Origin: Octopus vulgaris
Taxonomy: Eukaryota
Length of the DNA stretch: 64,000 bases
Reading direction: 5' to 3'
NCBI GenBank assembly: GCA_951406725.2
Contig: OX597819.1
Span: 48,546,001-48,610,000, forward strand
The translations under genes were made by a program, and so were the position numbers. This document shows positions 57,192-64,000 of this stretch, piece after piece (position 1 is the first letter of the stretch; the number at the start of each line of letters is the position of its first letter). Under the pieces are notes generated by a model. It was given only the letters and a program-made list of their open reading frames with translations. It ran no database searches and had not been told where the DNA came from.

Positions 57192-60100
57192 TGTGTGCAT
57201 GTGTCTTTATGTTTGTGTTTGACCCTGTAACTTAGCAGTTTGGCAAAACTGACTAGGCTTCAAAAAATATTAAGTTCTGGAGTTGATTTGTTTGACTAAA
57301 ATTCTTCTAGGTGGTGCTCCAGCATGACCGCAGTCTAACTACTGAAACAAGTAGAGTATAAAAGATAAATGTAAATTAATGTTAAAAGAGGATATTGAAT
57401 GTAATCGCAATCCTGTAAAAAACAAACAGAAAAAACCCCAAAACATATGAAGGCGGTGAGCTGGCAGAAACATTAGCATGCTGGGCGAAATGCTTAGCGG
57501 TATTTCATCTGCTGTTACGTTCTGAGTTCAAATTCTGCCGAGGTCGACTTTGCCTTTCATCCTTTCGGGGTCGATAAATTAAGTACCAGTTATGCAATGG
57601 GGTCAATGTAATCGACTTAATCCCTTTGTCTGTCCTTGTTTGTCTCTTCTATGTTTAGCCCCTTGGGGGCAATAAAAAAATAAAAACACATCATAAACCC
57701 ACTTACCAGAAATTATTCTCAATACTGACTCAGCAGGGGATAAACAAAATTCAGAAGGGTAAAAATAAAAAACACATGATTTCTCTTCAAACAGCTTGTA
57801 TTATTCCACAACATTGAGGTGTGGAAAGTGTTGATTAAAATTTATAATGTATGTGCATTAAAATATTATAGGAGGCTATTCCTAGGAAGGGAAACAATCA
57901 TAATTATAAACTCGTATTCAACTCAATTTGCTATCCAGCCAGTCAGAATCTTCTGAAATTGTTTTGTCTGTTCTTATTTAGGGAAGCAACTCCTGTAGGA
58001 ACAGCAATTAGATTTATTTAATTATTCAAATCATTGTAATATAAAAGTATAGTGAGAGAATTTTATTTGTTTTGTGTCATTCTTGACTTATGACACGTTT
58101 TTAATTGTTTTACTAGAGAGAATCTTTGTTAAGTCATTGTAGATGTTGTCAGGTCTATTAGCAAAAGCTGACAAGTAGTACAAATCTTTGATATCAGATG
58201 CTTGCTGTCACTTTATATCTCATTAGCTGATCCACAATGTCAGGCAAACAACAAATAGATATCTCCCTAGATAGGAACTTCAAATGCTGGAATTTGAGCG
58301 GTCAAAGAATTAATGCCATTGTCAGTGGCATATCTTTCCTTAAAAGAATTGGTATCTGATGAGGTGTTAGCTTTGTTGATCACCTTTAGAAGCAATGTCT
58401 ACAGCTTTGCAGATACTTTTTAACACCATTGATCAAAGTGTTAGTTGGCAGAGAAAATATTTTTCCACCTACAGCCTGTAACAGTCTCATGCGATTGATG
58501 GAAATGTAACTTTCTCATTTCTCATTTCAGTTTATGAACAGCTTTTGCTGTCATTGTAATACAAGTTCTGTGATGAAATAGTGTATCTCTACCTTCAGAA
58601 CAGTTTCATCATGCAAGTTGTTAAATGAACACAGTTCCTGATGTCTTTAATGATTTGTTCAGTAACTTCTGAACCATTTTCAGTTGATCTGATGACAACA
58701 TTTTAGCTGCTTGCAGCAACTTTCATAAATTGTCTGTATGTTAGTACAAGAATTAGCTGTGACTTAGTTGAATAAAGAAATTAATTACATGTAGTTCTGT
58801 CTGGCTATGACCATTAATACAAGAGAGATAACCATTACCTCACAACACAATGTGGAATAAGAAATTTGAATTTAAAATTACAGAAGAAAATGTTCAGAGT
58901 TCACATATCTAATTTCTTTTTATCTTCTATGAAGTTCTTACAATTTCTAGTTGCTCATAATCATGTATAGCACTATTTCATTATTTTTGGAAGTCTTCAG
59001 TATGATTTAACCTGTAACTTATTGATTAGCTATTTATGAAAACAGTCATTTCATTAAAATTAAAAATGAAATTAATTATTTCAGTCTGAGGGAAATTCAT
59101 GTTTTTCTGTGAGTTCATAGTTGTTAGTGTTCTGTGTTCAAATCCTGCTAAGGTCAACTTTGCTATTGATCCTTTTAAGGATCAATAAAAAACAAAACAA
59201 ATGAATCCCGAGTAGTAGATTGGTAGAACTGTTAGAGCTCCAGGAAAGATGTTTTGTAATACCTGTTCTGGCACCTTGCAATATCTGTGATGAAATTGGC
59301 ACTAAGCTATATCAGCTCTAAGATGGCAGCCTTTCCCTTGGATAACACTGGCAACATGGAGAGAAGCTTACATATATAGACTCTGTCAGCTATCTTCAAA
59401 AAACAAAAAAGCTTTACCTAGGCTTGTGCGGACACATGGTCAACTCTGATTGACAGAGGTCCTGGAGCTTGGATTCAACCACGAGGTCCTGAATATCAGC
59501 TTCCAGTAGTGGTTGTACACATTATTGCCAATTCTCAAATAAGACTCAATAATCAAGTATTCCCTGAAAGAAAGCAAATATATTCCCCATTTAGTTACAC
59601 AATAAAAATTTGCTTTGAATTCAGAAATTTGTATGAAGTTAATATATCACTGGGTATTAATTTACTTTCAACCTTTTGCATGGTTTTCTTCAACTCACCA
59701 AGTAAATTCTTTCTCTTTGGTGAAATTTGATTAAAATAATCTACCTCTGCCATCTGAGGACATGCTTATAAAATCAAAAAACAGCGCAGCACCCATGACT
59801 TTTAGAAACTTTTTGTGTTCAGAATTGTTGAAGCATGGAATAAACTATTCGTGTCTATCATTAGCTATCAGGACATTGCATTCTTAAAAAATTCTATGCA
59901 TCCTGAAAGTTGCTAACACTACTCCCGATGTGCATATGTACCCTTTCCTCTTCCCAGCTCTCTTACTGTCCACTTTTCTGAGTTCTTGTGTTTTACCTCA
60001 TGGAAGGTTATCCAGCTGTAAAAACCATGCCAAAACAGACAGTGAAGCCTGGTGCAGTCTTCTGCCTAGTCAGCTCCTGTCAAACTTGAGTTGACAGGCA

Positions 60101-61641
60101 TGGGTTGGAACCCATGCCTGTCAACTCAAGTCAAAATTTCCAACTCCTGCCAGCATGGAATATTGACATTATATGATGATGATGATGATGACAATGATGA
60201 CTATGCTTTTATTTTTGGCTTTCACTGCTTTCTTTCTTTATATGAATTAACACTGCTCTCTGTCCCCTCTTTTACCATTTTCCAATGAGCTCTTGCAGAC
60301 CTGAGAAATGCTCAATGTAGCAGACCTAGTAATCTATTGCATTGTACTTTTTTTTCATTGTTGTATAAGAATGTGTGGTCAAGAAAGTTTGTTGCTTCAT
60401 ACTTACATGGTTTTAGGGTTAGTCCCACTGTGTGATACCTTGGACAAGCATCTTCTACGAAAGCTTTGGGCTTACCAAAGCCTTGTGAATGGATTTGGTA
60501 GACAGCTATTGAAAGAAGCACATTTTGTGTGTGTGCGTGCGCGCGCGCGTGTGTGTGTGTGTGTGTGTGTGTGTTTGTGTGTGTGAGTGTGAGTGTGCAC
60601 CAAATTGTGCCTACTTCACCAAGTTAATCTTTCAAAACAAAGTCAGCCATTATGGAACAAAATTTATTTTGTCACTGATTGTTCATTGCTTACTATGGTT
60701 GTTGATACCTGAAATTGTTTAATAATCTATTTAACACGGGTTTTGAAACAAAACAAGACAGTTTCCCTGCAGTCAGTTGACATTTTATTTAATTATGTTA
60801 ACCAAACAAATCAAAGTGTTTAACCCTTTCAGACCTACAGCCTCATGGATGAACACTTAAGTATATTAACTTCTAAAACAGTATAATGATTCTAATATTA
60901 TTTTTAAATTCATTCCATCGAATTTGAGTCTAAGGAATTAACCCAACATCTATATTAATTACTGTTATTTGCTAAAACATTTTGAAGACAGAAAGTAATA
61001 CATCATAACTGTATCGTTCTGCTTTCTACCTGGATCCAAATTTTTTGCAGATTTTATCCATGACCACATAGTTAAGTTTTGAAGAAAAAAATCAGCCAAA
61101 GTCAATTATTTTTATAAAGTCAACCATTTTTATAAGATGTATTCTAACAGAATTCATATAGTCTTTTTTTTTTTTGCCTGCTTTTGGCATGCTAACACAA
61201 GTTAGACAAATGTATGTTGTTGGAGCATTGTTTTACAACCAGATATTCTTCTTGTTGCTTGAGCTTGCATGTTTTTTTAAACACACACACACACACACAT
61301 GTGCATGCATACACACACACACACATGTGCATGCATACACACACAAAACACGCACACACATACCAACTCACTCAACATCATCATCATTTGATGTCCATTC
61401 TCCATGCTGGTGTTAAACAATAATGATGATGAGTGTGTGTTTGTGTGTGTTTGAAAAACATGGAAGGGTTAGCAAGAAGAAGAACATCTGAATGTAAAAC
61501 AATGCTTCAACTATGTATTTGTGTAACTCATGTATTTGTCTTATTCAGACAGCCACTCCTACCAAAATTCTTACTATAAATTCTTCCTATGACCTTAAGC
61601 AACACTAAGTCCAGCCACACACATACAATAACAGCCACAAC

Positions 61642-61676
<35 letters not shown>

Positions 61677-61759
61677 ACAAACACACACGCACACACGTGC
61701 TATCATTACACACACACACAGACCTGCGTGCATGCACATACCAACACATACACACACAT

Positions 61760-62043
61760 ACCTCCTTCTCTTGCACTCTCCTGTCTTAGAAAGAACTTTT
61801 TCCTCACCCATTCCCTTCCAGTCATTTCAATATGTGACCATGTGTGTATCATTGGTGATTTTCTTTCTCCATCTTCCCTTGTTTGGACTTTTTCTATATT
61901 TCTATATTTTCTATATTTCGAGCTCTGCTCGAAACAAGAAGTCCTCTTTCTTTTCTGTCCTTTCCTGAGTGTCCAATAACACATTACTTGTTCCACATCC
62001 TCACGTTGTTCTTTTTTCTTGCTTGTTCTAGTTTGGATTGACT
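61760..62043 (+). mobile_element. PLE-like tail ending at (TA)n, with hammerhead remnant GAGCTCTGCTCGAAAC
   Basis: Aligns with 40790-40940 and 382-484(-). Confidence 0.65.
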
Positions 62044-62338
62044 ATATATATATATATATATAATTAAAAATGAGGGTGTCTGAGAGACACCACCATGCCG
62101 AAATAACAGTCGAAACCCTGACTATAAAAACCACATTAAATGTTCGTTATTATATTCACTGCAGTGTTTATTTTAACCATATCGTGCTTATGGGGTGTTT
62201 TGGCGGGCAATTTAACTGGCCGTGTGCATACGTACATATGTATGTATGTATGGACGTTCGTATATGTAAGTATATCGTTTGTTCTGCATATATATATCTG
62301 TATTTATGTATATATATATATATACACACACATACACT

Positions 62339-62379
<41 letters not shown>

Positions 62380-62380
62380 A

Positions 62381-62431
<51 letters not shown>

Positions 62432-62669
62432 GGGTATGTATTTTAGAGATTTTATTGTTTTAGCAAAGAATCTCTGCTTTTGTTAATTTCAACAGTTCTT
62501 CAGAAACCAAAAGATTTTGGATACGTAAATGTAAATGCGGCAAAATTATTTTCAAACAGGTTTTTGTTATCCAAGCATTATAAATATGGTGTCAAAGAAA
62601 TTAGAGATAGAAAGAACAATCAAAGTCATTACATATCAAGTGTATCTTTTTACTTTTGATGAGTAAATA

Positions 62670-63268
62670 GTGTGATGTGGGCTCTGAATGCAGAAGACAT
62701 GTGAAGGTTAAAGAGGAATGAGGCTAGTATGTTTCACTGGATGTCTTAATGTAAGTGTTCATGTTCGACAGAGTGTTAGTGTATTGAGAGAGAAGTTAGA
62801 CATAAGAGGAATTAGATGCTGTGTACAAGAGAGAAGATTACACTGGTTTGGTCATGTGATGTGGATGGATGCCAACAGCTCCATAAAGAATTGCTGGTCT
62901 CTCAAAGTAGGTAGAACATGTAGAAGTGGGAGACCCAGGAAGACATGGGACGAAGTACTGAAGAATGATCTCAGGAGAGATGGCAAAGGACTGGGATGCC
63001 TAGCGACTTGCTGTACTCAAGAAGACCTATGATCCACAGCCAAAGTGTTAAGTCTGACCTCACTGGTGGAGAGTTGTCCTACAAAAGTCCTGTGCCGGTG
63101 CCATGTAAAAAGCACTCATGTGGTGTCACATAAACGCACTCAAGAGGTGCCATGTAAAAACATCCAATACACACTGTAAAGTGGCTGGTGTTAGGAAGGG
63201 CATCTGGCTGTAGAAACCATGCCAAATCAGACTGGAGCTTGGTGCAGCTCTGCAGCTTGCCAGCTCTC
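62670..63268 (+). mobile_element. Older RTE LINE 3' fragment
   Basis: RQSVSVLREKLDIRGIRCCVQERRLHWFGHV...GRPRKTWDEV plus UTR. Confidence 0.88.
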
Positions 63269-63270
63269 AC

Positions 63271-64000
63271 CAATATGGTGTGTGGGGCATTGTTTCCCAT
63301 TCAAACTGCTCCAGCCTTTCGAATGTCATCCTCGCTGTATGTGGCTGAGCATTATCCTGATGGAAGAACACCTTTTGCCTTGAAACCAAAGATGGTCGTT
63401 TTCCTTCTAGCACTGACTTAAGCTGCTCAAGCTACTCACAGTAGATCTCCTTTGTTATCATTTGGTTTGGGTTTAAAAGTTCAAAGTGCACTAAACCATT
63501 CATATCCCACCACACAGATAACAACACCTTACGTAGGTGAAGACCTTCTTTAGCCTGGGGTGCCAGTGTTTCTCCTTTCCCTACTCACTGTCTTCAGCAC
63601 TTGACATTTTCATAGCGAACCCATTTCTTATCACTAGTCACGATTTGGTCCAAACAAAAAGGTTCATTCATGAGATGTTACAGCAAAGAAGTGTACACAT
63701 TCACTCTCTGCATGCAATCAGACTTGGAAAGTTTGTGAGGAACCCATTGACCTAATTTGCTGACTATTTCGATGGCACACAGGAGTCGATGAATGGTTGA
63801 ATGACCAAATCTAAACTTCTCTGCTAGTTTCTCAACAGTTACAATGGGATTTTTTTTCCACCTGGGTTTGCAGGACATCCTCATTGCGCTCTACAGATCT
63901 TCCAGGATGAGGCTCGTCTTCTAGGCTATAGTTTCCAGCTTGGAATTTCCGGAACCGCTGTTGACACTGGTTTACACTTATTGTCCGATCCCCATACACT
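63271..64000 (-). mobile_element. Second decayed mariner transposase fragment, running off the window end
   Basis: SKLGQWVPHKL, IVTSDKKWVRYE, HQDNAQPH, MPHTPY. Confidence 0.88.

Larger units (their letters stand above)
45337..61274. repeat. 7.9-kb direct duplication (45337-53249 / 53350-61274) separated by a 100-N gap
   Basis: Copies are nearly identical and both abut the gap exactly; the ORF track repeats at an offset of about +8010-8030. Confidence 0.97.

Overview
AT-rich eukaryotic DNA with no host protein-coding exon that I can recognise. It is probably a large intron or intergenic region of an octopus (coleoid cephalopod); this is inferred from the tRNA-derived SINE families and the density of (TA)n/(CA)n tracts. 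The window is a mosaic of tRNA-SINEs, RTE-clade LINE copies and tails, two decayed mariner transposons, CR1 and R4-like fragments, a hAT-type MITE, a 5S rRNA pseudogene, and mini- and microsatellites. A 7.9-kb near-identical duplication spans a 100-N gap and is probably an assembly artefact. Almost all listed ORFs are repeat-derived noise. The main unexplained signal is non-coding. At least eight sequence-unrelated type I minimal hammerhead-ribozyme motifs (CUGANGA...GAAA-palindrome-UH with covarying stems) lie in short elements inserted into (TA)n tracts, several folded back as long inverted repeats like Penelope-element termini. There is also a TSD-bounded, highly base-paired 359-nt unit with terminal redundancy and a hammerhead, which looks like a retrozyme copied from a circular RNA. 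Other notable items are an apparent local SINE 3' transduction, an RTE 3' UTR developing higher-order satellite structure, and deep nesting of elements in microsatellites. All alignments and folds were done by eye, so boundaries are approximate.
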